Origin: a virus
Taxonomy: Duplodnaviria; Caudoviricetes
Virus record (IMG/VR): IMGVR_UViG_3300009849_000002
Location: 1-29,346 of that record
Reading direction: 5' to 3' (one strand)
Length of the DNA: 29,346 nucleotides
The notes under the pieces: model-generated
What the model saw: the letters and a program-made list of their open reading frames with translations, nothing else
Database searches by the model: none
Told to the model about the DNA's origin: nothing
Program-made: the position numbers and the translations under genes
In this document: piece after piece, positions 1 to 8,987 of the stretch
How the letters are laid out: each line of letters opens with the position of its first letter
Numbering within the stretch: position 1 is the first letter of the stretch

Positions 1-28
1 TAGCTGTTTTCTTTTATCTACAATATAG

Positions 29-37
29 TGATACAAT
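29..37 (+). promoter_or_regulatory. Putative extended -10 sigma70 promoter upstream of terS
   Basis: TGaTACAAT about 30 nt upstream of the terS start; RBS aaggtggtg precedes ATG 69. Confidence 0.45.
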
Positions 38-68
38 AAATTATCAATAATAACCAAAAGGTGGTGAT

Positions 69-506
69 ATGGCACTAACAGACAAGCAGGAGATGTTTTG
101 CCTTGAATACCTTGTTGATTTAAATGCCACTCAAGCAGCTATAAGGGCTGGCTATAGCGAAAAGACAGCATACTCTATTGGCAATGAAAACCTGAGCAAA
201 CCTGAATTACAGGAAAAAATAGCGGAATTGATGCAGGAGCGTTCAAATAAGACCAAAATCGATGCTGAATGGGTGCTAAAAGCTGCAAAACAAGTTTTTG
301 ATAGGTGTATGCAAGCTGAACCTGTATTCGTTGCTGGGGAGCCTACGGGCGAATATAAGTTTGACTCATCAGGTGCAAACAAAGCATTAGATACAATCGG
401 TAAGCATGTTGATGTTCAGGCATTCAACGAGAAGAAGACAACCGAGGTTACTCACAAGCTGGATAAACCACTTGCAGAAAGGTTGACTGGTGGCTCTAAG
501 CGATGA
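69..506 (+). CDS. terS: Terminase small subunit (Terminase_2 type)
   Basis: LTDKQEMFCLEYLVDLNATQAAIRAGYSEKTA N-terminal HTH motif; overlaps terL start. Confidence 0.95.
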   Translation: MALTDKQEMFCLEYLVDLNATQAAIRAGYSEKTAYSIGNENLSKPELQEKIAELMQERSNKTKIDAEWVLKAAKQVFDRCMQAEPVFVAGEPTGEYKFDSSGANKALDTIGKHVDVQAFNEKKTTEVTHKLDKPLAERLTGGSKR

Positions 507-2080
507 CAAATCATGAAATTGCAAGGCAGTATATTGCAGACATTGATTCGCTAACATACGAACAACTAGCTGATGCTATGACATATAAATGGTTTCGGCT
601 TAATACCCTCTATCACATTAAAGACAAATCAGGCAAGAAGGTTTTATTCACGCCGAATGAAGAGCAAGAAGACTTTTACGTTAATACCCATGGTAGGGAT
701 ATCATCTTAAAAGCTCGTCAGCTTGGTTTTACCACATTCAAAATGATTCATGACTTGGATGAGTGCTTGTTTAATGAGGATTATTCCGCCGGTTGTATAT
801 GTCACAACCTGGAAGACGCAAAAGACATTTTCAGAAACAAAATAAAATATGCCTACCAAAACATAACCGATGATCAGCGAGAGCTATTATCTGAGATTGG
901 TTACGATTTGCCGGTTCCGGTAAATGACAAAGATAATGGCTATGTATTTAGTAATGGATCAAGCATCAAGGTGAGTGTGTCTTATCGTGGCGGGACATTA
1001 CAAAGCCTTCACGTTTCAGAGTTTGGCAAGATATGCAAAAAATATCCAGAGAAAGCAAAAGAGATTGTAACTGGGGCGTTTGAAGCTGTTGGCGTTAATG
1101 GGAGCATAACCTTAGAGTCAACCGCGGAAGGCAGAGAGGGGTATTTTTTTACATACTGCAATGACGCCAAAAAGTTAAAGGATTTAGGTAGGGAGCCATC
1201 AGTTCTTGAGTTTAAGTTTCACTTCTTTCCGTGGTACACGCGTTGTGAATACTCAATACCAGGTAAAATCTCAAATTCTCTGTTTGATTACTTTGATGAG
1301 CTTGAGAATAAATACGGAATATCACTAACTAACGGGCAAAAGGCATGGTACTCAGCTAAGTGGAAAGTCCTTGGCGATGATATGAAAAGGGAGTACCCAA
1401 CAACTCCAAAAGAGGCGTTTGATCAATCCGTAGAGGGAGCCTATTACTCTAAGCAGTTTATTGATATTTACCGTGACGGAAGAATATCCGATCTTTCTGG
1501 ATGGGAAAACGAAGGCAATGTAAATACAGCTTGGGATATTGGTATCGGTGACTCTACAGCGATTTGGTTCTATCGCAGAGTCGGCGAGGAAATTCATGTT
1601 CTACACTATTACGAGAACAGTGGTGAATCATTGGGTCATTACATTAAATACGTCCAAGACACAATGACTAAGAATAATTGGTCAATGGGTAAGAACTGGG
1701 GTCCGCACGATATTAACAATCGTGAGTTTGCATCAAAAGGCAAGACACGAAAAGAATTAGCTGCCGAAGGTGTCGAGTATCTTGGACAGATATATAGAAT
1801 GATATTCGAGGTGGTTCCAAAGCTTGGTGTTTTGGATGGGATAGAAATTGCCAGGAATACATTAAAGCTATGTGTGTTTGATGAGTATGAAACAGAGCAA
1901 GGCGTTAAGACTTTAGAGAATTACCGTAAGGAGTGGAATGAAAAGCTTGGTGTATGGAGGGATAACCCTCTACATGACTGGTCATCTCACGGGGCTGATG
2001 CGTTTAGATATCTGAGCGTTGTTGAAAATGGCTCTAGAGATACCAAACCATCTCGACCTAATATGTCATTCGGTTGGTAA
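503..2080 (+). CDS. terL: Terminase large subunit
   Basis: Walker A ILKARQLGFTT, Walker B LHVSEFG, coupling motif LESTAEG, nuclease motifs AWDIGIGDSTAIW and HDWSSHGADAFRY. Confidence 0.96.
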   Translation: MTNHEIARQYIADIDSLTYEQLADAMTYKWFRLNTLYHIKDKSGKKVLFTPNEEQEDFYVNTHGRDIILKARQLGFTTFKMIHDLDECLFNEDYSAGCICHNLEDAKDIFRNKIKYAYQNITDDQRELLSEIGYDLPVPVNDKDNGYVFSNGSSIKVSVSYRGGTLQSLHVSEFGKICKKYPEKAKEIVTGAFEAVGVNGSITLESTAEGREGYFFTYCNDAKKLKDLGREPSVLEFKFHFFPWYTRCEYSIPGKISNSLFDYFDELENKYGISLTNGQKAWYSAKWKVLGDDMKREYPTTPKEAFDQSVEGAYYSKQFIDIYRDGRISDLSGWENEGNVNTAWDIGIGDSTAIWFYRRVGEEIHVLHYYENSGESLGHYIKYVQDTMTKNNWSMGKNWGPHDINNREFASKGKTRKELAAEGVEYLGQIYRMIFEVVPKLGVLDGIEIARNTLKLCVFDEYETEQGVKTLENYRKEWNEKLGVWRDNPLHDWSSHGADAFRYLSVVENGSRDTKPSRPNMSFGW

Positions 2081-2117
2081 TATGTTAGAATACAAAAAAT
2101 TTCAGAGGGTTTTATAA

Positions 2118-3632
2118 ATGGCAATTGATACCACCGTTCATGTGGATTATTCACGTTATGCCAGACAATGGCAGAAAAACAAAGATGCGTCTCGTGATTT
2201 GGTGCATCAGTTGAAAGAAAAATATCTCCCCACTAATGAATTACCGGCTATTGCATTAAACGATCCTAGCAATCGACAATTAAACGAATACATCAAGCAC
2301 AAGTACAACACTCAGGTATGGCCTATGGCTGTATTCTTTAATTTCACGCGTTCAACACTATCTGCATGGATTGGTTCCATTATGGCTAAAAAGCCACAGA
2401 TTAGCTTTGCTGAAAGCGAAAAAGAAACCAAACTGGATTATCTTTTTAAAAATGCTGACGGTGCGGGTAATGGTACAAATACTGTCGCTAAATTAGGCCT
2501 TGAAGCGACAATGGAAACTGGTGGCGGCGGCTATCTTGTTGTAATGCCTGATGCAACAATGACAGAGCAAAGCGTTCGTGATGGTTCAATTGCCCCTCGC
2601 ATCAAAACATATGACCGGGAGAATATTCTCAATTACGAAACGTCATACATCAACTCAAACAAGGTTTTGACATATCTTAAAATCAGAGAGTTTGAAGCGT
2701 ATTCAGACAAAAGTACATCAGAGTTGATCGTTAAACATATTGAATACTTTCTTGATGAAAATGGTTATGTTTATTGGATCGTAACGAGAGATAATGAATA
2801 TCCTGGCTATCCAGCGGAAGAGATTGGGGACCTAATCGAAGCAGGCAAGCGAGCAACATCAATTCCGTTTTATTGGTTCGGTGCTAATGACAACGAAGAG
2901 ACACCAGACCCTGCTCCAATCACACCAATTGCTAATCTTAACGTTCTTCATTACGTGTTAAGCTCTCGCCACACGCAGCAATGTTACGATGTTGGCCAGG
3001 GTCAATATCATATTGATTTAGGTAATATGGAAAACCTGACCATCTATGATGACACTGGTAAGCCAATGAATCCACTAGACGCGCTTAATCCTGGTGGCGT
3101 TAAATTTGGCTCAGTTGTTCCAATCGTTACAGCTAACAGTGGCTCAGTTGAATTAATTCAGTTATCTACTGATTCACTATTGGCAGAAGAACCAGGTAAA
3201 ATCGAAGAGAGAGCAATTAAAATAGGCGCTCAAATGATTACGCAAGACGTTAACCAGACGGCTACAGCGTCACGAATTGCATTCTCTGGCAACACATCAA
3301 ACCTAATCACCATTGCTGATAATGTTGGTATGGCATTAAAAGCGGCTATTATGCGCATTGCTGATGTTGTAGGTTATGATTCGAGCTTAGTTAAATGCGA
3401 ACTGAATAAGAAACTAATCACTGAAACACTAACAGCTCAGGACCGCACTTCATTTATGCAAATGGTAATGCAAGGGGTAATGCCGTTAATGGCTCTATTC
3501 CGTATATTGCAGCGTGCCGGTGAGGTAACAGACGAAATGACATTTGATGATTTCAAGGCTGAGATAGAAAAGGATGAAGGATTCTTTGCACTTCGCGGGG
3601 TTGGGACCAATGTTAACAATGGAGTTCAATAA
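2118..3632 (+). CDS. Portal protein (DUF4055-like)
   Basis: 504 aa directly after terL; motifs AVFFNFTRSTL, NADGAG, IANLNVLHY, TATAS typical of this portal family. Confidence 0.88.
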   Translation: MAIDTTVHVDYSRYARQWQKNKDASRDLVHQLKEKYLPTNELPAIALNDPSNRQLNEYIKHKYNTQVWPMAVFFNFTRSTLSAWIGSIMAKKPQISFAESEKETKLDYLFKNADGAGNGTNTVAKLGLEATMETGGGGYLVVMPDATMTEQSVRDGSIAPRIKTYDRENILNYETSYINSNKVLTYLKIREFEAYSDKSTSELIVKHIEYFLDENGYVYWIVTRDNEYPGYPAEEIGDLIEAGKRATSIPFYWFGANDNEETPDPAPITPIANLNVLHYVLSSRHTQQCYDVGQGQYHIDLGNMENLTIYDDTGKPMNPLDALNPGGVKFGSVVPIVTANSGSVELIQLSTDSLLAEEPGKIEERAIKIGAQMITQDVNQTATASRIAFSGNTSNLITIADNVGMALKAAIMRIADVVGYDSSLVKCELNKKLITETLTAQDRTSFMQMVMQGVMPLMALFRILQRAGEVTDEMTFDDFKAEIEKDEGFFALRGVGTNVNNGVQ

Positions 3633-4060
3633 TGACAACGATAGCTTATAACCACAAGGATAAAGAGATTGCAGTTGATAGTAGATACACAAGGGGAGAC
3701 ACGATAAGCAACAATAATGGAGTTAAATACAGAAAAGTTAACGGAGTTACTTTCGTTATTGCTGGAAACACCATGTATTATGACGATATTATTAATTGTT
3801 ATTTTGGCAATGAAGAGTGTGCAAAAGGTGTTAATGTTTCCGCTCTTGTAATCGATAATGGCGTCGCTTATGAGTGCGCATTCGATCAAGATGGTGGGTT
3901 TTGGAAAGATAAATTAACAGAAAATACAACTCATGGGTGTGGATCGGTTTGGGCTACTGCTGCTATGGATTTCGGATGCAGTGCAAAAGATGCTGTAAAA
4001 TACGCAATGACAAGAGACATTTACACTGGCGGTAAAGTTCATGTGTTTAAGGTTGAATAA
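3632..4060 (+). CDS. Ntn-hydrolase, HslV/proteasome beta-subunit-like peptidase
   Basis: M-TTIAY start (Thr1 nucleophile), AVDSR, VK, IAG, GCG (usually GSG), RDIYTGG; TAATG coupling at both ends. Confidence 0.8.
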   Translation: MTTIAYNHKDKEIAVDSRYTRGDTISNNNGVKYRKVNGVTFVIAGNTMYYDDIINCYFGNEECAKGVNVSALVIDNGVAYECAFDQDGGFWKDKLTENTTHGCGSVWATAAMDFGCSAKDAVKYAMTRDIYTGGKVHVFKVE

Positions 4061-5133
4061 TGGCTGAACTAAGTCAAATAGCTGCGCAAGTAGCTCATCA
4101 GGTAGATTTGCAGAAGCTGGCTAACTCAATTGCAGTTGACCAGAATGCCGTGCTTAATGAGCTATCAAAAACCATTCGTGACATTCTCGCGGATTACGAA
4201 TACATCGACACAAAGAAACTCTATAACGAGATAATCAAGGAGATTACGAAAGAGGTTAACGCTTCGACTTTGGTTATCACCAACAGTGTTCAAGATCAGT
4301 TATTTGACGCAATCAAAGAAGAGGTAACATTTCAGCATTCGGTATTGAAAGCTGTATCAAGCAAGAGACCGCTTCGCCCAGGGCTAGATAAAATTAATTC
4401 CGCAATTCTAAATAAGCCGCTAGTTTTAAACGGCAAGGCTATGACATGGGAGGAAAGGATTGGAGCGTATCAATCAAATACTCTCGCATCAATCAAACAA
4501 CGCATAATGGCTGGATGGGCTAACGGTGAGCCTGTAGCAGATATCACACGTTCAATCACCGGCGGTCGCAATGTAACTGGCATTATTGACCGCTCTAAAT
4601 CATCGACTAATGCGCTAGTTAAGGATTTACTAAGCCACTCATCAAGCATGGTCAAGTCAGAGACAGCAAGACAAAATAGTGACATTGTGATCGGTGAGAA
4701 AACGATTACAACCTTGGATTCTCGCACCTCTCCAATTTGCCAAAATTACAGCTCGCAAGATAACGGCGGAAAAGAGTGGATTTACGCAAAAGTTGGCAGA
4801 AACTTTCCGCGTCCCGGGTTTCACTGGAATTGCCGGTCCACAAATATCATGCTGCTTGCTCCTGAATACAGAATTGATACAGATGGACAAACTCGCCCGG
4901 CAGTAGTGGATGGAAAAGCGATTCAGGTTCCTGTTGATACAAGCTGGCTAAGCCTGGCAAAACAATATCCAAGCATTGCAGAGCAAGCATTAGGACCAAC
5001 AAAAGCTAAATTGTTAAACGAAATGAGTGCAGACGCTTTTCATAAAGTCGCCTACAACTCATTAGGTGAAGCAATTACACTTGAACAGATGAAAAATAAC
5101 TCAAAGAAAGTAGCTAGTTTGCTGAAAGATTAA
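4060..5133 (+). CDS. Head morphogenesis protein (SPP1 gp7 / Mu gpF family)
   Basis: TLDSRTSPIC and PGFHWNCRS motifs; located after portal. Confidence 0.9.
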   Translation: MAELSQIAAQVAHQVDLQKLANSIAVDQNAVLNELSKTIRDILADYEYIDTKKLYNEIIKEITKEVNASTLVITNSVQDQLFDAIKEEVTFQHSVLKAVSSKRPLRPGLDKINSAILNKPLVLNGKAMTWEERIGAYQSNTLASIKQRIMAGWANGEPVADITRSITGGRNVTGIIDRSKSSTNALVKDLLSHSSSMVKSETARQNSDIVIGEKTITTLDSRTSPICQNYSSQDNGGKEWIYAKVGRNFPRPGFHWNCRSTNIMLLAPEYRIDTDGQTRPAVVDGKAIQVPVDTSWLSLAKQYPSIAEQALGPTKAKLLNEMSADAFHKVAYNSLGEAITLEQMKNNSKKVASLLKD

Positions 5134-5220
5134 ATCATGCAACTATCAAAAATGAAAAGTAAGATTTCATAAATATTAGCATTGCATGTATATCTGAGTT
5201 AAAATGTCAATAACTTAATC

Positions 5221-5233
5221 GCGACTAGGTCGC
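5221..5233 (+). promoter_or_regulatory. Small hairpin in scaffold gene leader
   Basis: GCGAC-TAG-GTCGC perfect 5-bp stem between a TAAAAT -10 (5200-5205) and the scaffold RBS. Confidence 0.4.
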
Positions 5234-5258
5234 ACGGCTGAATCTCAAGGGGATATAA

Positions 5259-5942
5259 ATGCCATCACTTTTACAAATGCTCAAAGACAAAGGCGTAACA
5301 TTGCCAGACGATTTAAACTTATCAACAATGATTGAAGAGTCAGACGAGGTCATGGGCTTGAAATCGAAAAACGTTGATTTGTTGGAATGGCAAGTTAAAA
5401 ACAAACCACTGTTAGAATCTTTGCAACAGGAAAAAGAAACTCTGACAAATAAGCAGCGAGAAGATGAAGAAAAGATTCTGAAACTTGCTCAGGAAAATGG
5501 TGACTTTCAAAAGGTTGCTGAAATCAACAGCAAACGATTGAAAGAACTTGAAGATGGTTTGAATGCATCGCGTGACAAGGCTAAACAGTCAGCACATGAA
5601 GCAGCTTTACAATCTGTAGCTTCATTGTTTACTGATAAGTCCTTAGGTGCTGACATTGCTGCAACTAAGGCATTTACTGAATTAAATGAAACTGGCGATC
5701 CGGTAACGAAATTTAAGCTGGGTGATCAGGAGTTTGATTCCGTGGATGGGCTTAAAGAAGCAATGGCTAAAGTACCAAGTTATGCGGCAGCTATGCCCGT
5801 TGGTGGTGCTAACAATGCACCTCACGCTAATGGTCCGAGTGGCAATCCTAGTGGTGGTGAGCCTAAAAATCAGGCAGCGGAAACAGCTAAAAAGAATGGT
5901 GATTCTTTAGGTTATCTGTCTGCTGTTATTTCAGGTAATTAA
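5259..5942 (+). CDS. Capsid scaffolding protein
   Basis: Coiled-coil-like charged body with Gly/Pro/Asn-rich C-terminal linker, immediately upstream of the capsid gene. Confidence 0.8.
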   Translation: MPSLLQMLKDKGVTLPDDLNLSTMIEESDEVMGLKSKNVDLLEWQVKNKPLLESLQQEKETLTNKQREDEEKILKLAQENGDFQKVAEINSKRLKELEDGLNASRDKAKQSAHEAALQSVASLFTDKSLGADIAATKAFTELNETGDPVTKFKLGDQEFDSVDGLKEAMAKVPSYAAAMPVGGANNAPHANGPSGNPSGGEPKNQAAETAKKNGDSLGYLSAVISGN

Positions 5943-5959
5943 TTTAAAAGGGTAATAAT

Positions 5960-7114
5960 ATGCCAATTTTTTCAGGTGATTTAGCCAGTGCTTTGAACGA
6001 CACGGTTATTAATGAAGCCTTTAAACTAGTTCTATCAAATCGACCTTCTTTGTTGGGTGTTACTGGCTTTGGTCAGTCTCGTCTTGCTTTTGACGGTTAT
6101 AAACTTTCATGGCTCGATATGCCTGTTGATGCCGATTCATTTACTGTTGCTTCTGATGCTCTAATTGATGCCACATCTATCACAATTTCTGCCGGCGCAG
6201 TAACCGCTCGCGCAGGTATGATGCTGTCAATTTCAAGCTCTGACGAAGTTATGCTTGTAACCGCTGTGTCTGGCACCACACTTACTGTGGTTCGTGGCAT
6301 TGGCGGTACCGCTGCCGCTATTACAACCGGTGACGTTTTGACCGTTGATTCTGTTGGACGAGAAGAAAACTCTATTGGTTCAGAAGATGGTATTTATCAA
6401 CCTGAAACGGTAGAAAACTACTTCCAAACAGTAGATACAATGATCACAATGTCTCGTCGTGCTCTTGCTACCGCTCAATTTGGCAATACCAACTCAATGG
6501 CATTCCAAATTCAAAACCGTATCCAGCAACTAGCAATCAAACTTGATCGCATGTTGATTCGTGGCGTTAAAACCAATCAAACAATTGACGGTGATGAAGT
6601 TACATACACAGGTGGCCTCCGTTACTGGGCTGGTCAAACTGGTCGCATTAATGAAACGGCAAGCGCAGCGGCATTAACTCTTGACTTAATTAATGACCTA
6701 AACGGAGAAATTGTTTCACGTGGTGGCATGACTGATACGTTAGTTGTTAGTGTCGCAAAAGCTCGTAAGTTGTCAGCGTTAATTTCAGCAAACTACGCAA
6801 GTCAACGCCTTGCTGACTGGACTGCTGATGAGGGTTCTGCTCTTATCCTTCCTTCTGATTTGCCGTTAGTTGGTAACATCAATAAGATCGTTGTTGATAC
6901 CAACGTTGCAGATGATGAGTTATTCATTCTTGACTCCGGCATGGTTAAGGTTATCCCTATGGGTGCTGGCAATGCTGGTGTTGATGGAAACTGGCGCACT
7001 CTTAATGCAACTGCCGAAGGCCAGGACGGTCAGTCTGTCCGTGTTCTTGGTGATATGGGTATTGAAGTTCAAAACTCAAAAACTCACTTTGCACGACTAT
7101 ATAACATCGCATAG
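5960..7114 (+). CDS. Major capsid protein (HK97 fold, DUF5309/SU10-like) with inserted beta domain
   Basis: 384 aa after scaffold; ENYFQTV, YTGGLRYW, VLGDMGIEVQN motifs; followed by a small ORF and terminator. Confidence 0.88.
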   Translation: MPIFSGDLASALNDTVINEAFKLVLSNRPSLLGVTGFGQSRLAFDGYKLSWLDMPVDADSFTVASDALIDATSITISAGAVTARAGMMLSISSSDEVMLVTAVSGTTLTVVRGIGGTAAAITTGDVLTVDSVGREENSIGSEDGIYQPETVENYFQTVDTMITMSRRALATAQFGNTNSMAFQIQNRIQQLAIKLDRMLIRGVKTNQTIDGDEVTYTGGLRYWAGQTGRINETASAAALTLDLINDLNGEIVSRGGMTDTLVVSVAKARKLSALISANYASQRLADWTADEGSALILPSDLPLVGNINKIVVDTNVADDELFILDSGMVKVIPMGAGNAGVDGNWRTLNATAEGQDGQSVRVLGDMGIEVQNSKTHFARLYNIA

Positions 7115-7121
7115 GTGAATT

Positions 7122-7274
7122 ATGGAATACTCAATTAACGGTAACTTTCAGATGCGTCACAACGGGCAAAGATTAGATTTTGTTAAAGGTAAGACATTTA
7201 TCACTGAAGACAAAGAGCTAATAAAAAAGCTGGATGCAACCAAGGAAGCTTCAAAAGCAACAAAGGCCAAATAG
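7122..7274 (+). CDS. Small basic hypothetical protein after the major capsid gene (50 aa)
   Basis: Hand-translated MEYSINGNFQMRHNGQRLDFVKGKTFITEDKELIKKLDATKEASKATKAK; RBS aggtga; below the ORF-track cutoff. Confidence 0.7.
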   Translation: MEYSINGNFQMRHNGQRLDFVKGKTFITEDKELIKKLDATKEASKATKAK

Positions 7275-7283
7275 GCTTAATTA

Positions 7284-7308
7284 AAAGCCCCTTGGTTGGG
7301 GCTTTATT
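7284..7308 (+). terminator. Rho-independent terminator after the capsid genes
   Basis: AAAGCCCC-TTGGTT-GGGGCTTT followed by ATT. Confidence 0.75.
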
Positions 7309-7322
7309 CTAAAGAGGTTATT

Positions 7323-7880
7323 ATGAACTTCGATTTTATAACATCATGGCTAACTAAGAATCTTGTTACAAGCCCTGGAGCTGGAACATCAAGAATTAGA
7401 GCTGATATATCTCAAACAGGATTTTGGGAAAATAGAGAGTTCAGGATTTTTCCACCAATCGACACAACATCAGGAAGTGTATGTTTAAAAATAACAGCTC
7501 CAATTGATTTTATTTTGAGATTTCAAAGTCTTGAATGTGAATCAGACGCACTAACTATGAAAGCTTATAGGGCTAGTGATGGAGGCTTGGAAAGTGGTAC
7601 TTTTACGGCTACCGATTACCAACTTCCTAATAATATAATGTCAGATACACCAGAATACACGGGGCAGGTTGTTTATTCAATTGGCGGAACATGGACACCT
7701 ACCGATACTGATTTATATAGAGACATACTATCTGTAACCGTTAGCAACGCAACAGCTCAGCAATCAACTGTTGGCGTTTCTTCGGTTCCAGAGCGAGGGC
7801 TTAAATCTGATACATATTATCTTGTATTTAGCGGTGGCGGCGTTGGTAATTTTTATTCTTTAATTGAAGAGCGGCCATAA
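7323..7880 (+). CDS. Probable virion structural protein, function unknown
   Basis: ATG 7323 with gaggt RBS (track start 7296 lies inside the terminator); beta-rich Ser/Thr/Gly sequence between capsid and neck genes. Confidence 0.6.
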   Translation: MNFDFITSWLTKNLVTSPGAGTSRIRADISQTGFWENREFRIFPPIDTTSGSVCLKITAPIDFILRFQSLECESDALTMKAYRASDGGLESGTFTATDYQLPNNIMSDTPEYTGQVVYSIGGTWTPTDTDLYRDILSVTVSNATAQQSTVGVSSVPERGLKSDTYYLVFSGGGVGNFYSLIEERP

Positions 7881-7889
7881 GGATTTATT

Positions 7890-8225
7890 ATGGGAAGAAA
7901 TAACGATTTACCGCGTTACATATCAAAGCGCGGGATTACATCAGAAGAGGCCCTTGATGCAATCGAGGGAGGAGCTTTGGCTTCAAGAAATGGGGCAAAG
8001 GCTCGTGATATTTCGGGCCACTTCGTGACATATAACTCTGGCATACTTCCACTGGAAGGGGTCACTGACGTGGTATTCTTAGGTGCATCAATTGATAATG
8101 TTTACTCGCATTCTGCTAAGATGACTGGTTATGCTGACGCTAACGGTGAGTTAACTTTACAGATGAAATCAGATTCAGCTAGCAATTACTGCTATTTGAG
8201 CGCTGTTGAAGTAAACCCGCTTTAG
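7890..8225 (+). CDS. Hypothetical virion protein, possibly an internally deleted SGNH/GDSL-type hydrolase
   Basis: RBS aagga; VVFLGASI resembles SGNH block I but no later SGNH blocks follow. Confidence 0.45.
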   Translation: MGRNNDLPRYISKRGITSEEALDAIEGGALASRNGAKARDISGHFVTYNSGILPLEGVTDVVFLGASIDNVYSHSAKMTGYADANGELTLQMKSDSASNYCYLSAVEVNPL

Positions 8226-8420
8226 TCCTCTTATGTATTTCTCTTCTGGGGCGTGCTGCAATATGCCGTCCCTATCTCCACATTCGTAAACATAACGCCA
8301 CTTATAATCCTCGGGTTTAAATTGATCTAAATCATGCAATCCTTGCTTTGCGGCCTCTTTGAAATACCAATCCCTTAATGGTCCGTGATCGTTTCTAATG
8401 TATGTGTTGCACAGGTCCAA
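8175..8420 (-). CDS. Minus-strand moron-like hypothetical protein (81 aa)
   Basis: TTG start preceded by AAGGA; occupies an otherwise empty gap; consensus extended -10 upstream. Confidence 0.6.
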   Translation of the reverse strand: MDLCNTYIRNDHGPLRDWYFKEAAKQGLHDLDQFKPEDYKWRYVYECGDRDGILQHAPEEKYIRGLKRVYFNSAQIAVIAS

Positions 8421-8462
8421 TATGTGTTATCCTTATAGTTATCTAATCCGTGTTTAGTTAGA

Positions 8463-8471
8463 ATTATACCA
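8463..8471 (-). promoter_or_regulatory. Extended -10 promoter driving the minus-strand moron
   Basis: Reverse strand reads TGgTATAAT, about 43 nt upstream of TTG 8420. Confidence 0.6.
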
Positions 8472-8490
8472 GTTACCTGAGGTGTTCATA

Positions 8491-8985
8491 GTGCTAACAG
8501 TACAAGATCCATCTAATCCGACAACAACGGCAGATAGTTATCTGTCGCTTGCTGATTTCAGAACAAGAGCATCATCTCTTGGGTTGACTCTTGCAACGGA
8601 AGATGCAGCAGCGGAAGTGCAAATCCGCACCGGGATGCAATACGTCGATTCTTTCAGGTTTGCCGGTGAAGTTATTATTCCGTGGCAGGGTACGCAGTGG
8701 CCTCGACAGAATTTCATTGAATACGTTAATGGCGTAGAATATGAATACGACAATCAGAAAATTCCACAACAAGTGATTGATGCTGTTTTATATGTAGCGG
8801 TTGAAGATGATATTTATGTCACTCAGACAGCCGGTGAGCGCATTCAATCGGCTAAAGTTGATGTTATAGAAACAACTTACTTCGACGATGGCGCAAGCGC
8901 TAACGGATTTAAACGAGTTGTTAGAGCTGATTCGCTGCTATCTCGATTTATTGCTAAAACTCCTAACTTTGGATATCCGGTGTAA
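8491..8985 (+). CDS. Head-tail adaptor (DnaT-like family)
   Basis: ADSYLSLADF, QGTQWPR, IPQQVIDA, KVDVIETTY motifs; GTG 8491 follows gaggtg RBS. Confidence 0.8.
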   Translation: MLTVQDPSNPTTTADSYLSLADFRTRASSLGLTLATEDAAAEVQIRTGMQYVDSFRFAGEVIIPWQGTQWPRQNFIEYVNGVEYEYDNQKIPQQVIDAVLYVAVEDDIYVTQTAGERIQSAKVDVIETTYFDDGASANGFKRVVRADSLLSRFIAKTPNFGYPV

Positions 8986-8987
8986 TT

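Noticed and set aside
7296-7322. Track start of the 194-aa ORF at 7296
   Set aside because: It lies within the terminator hairpin; ATG 7323 has a proper RBS
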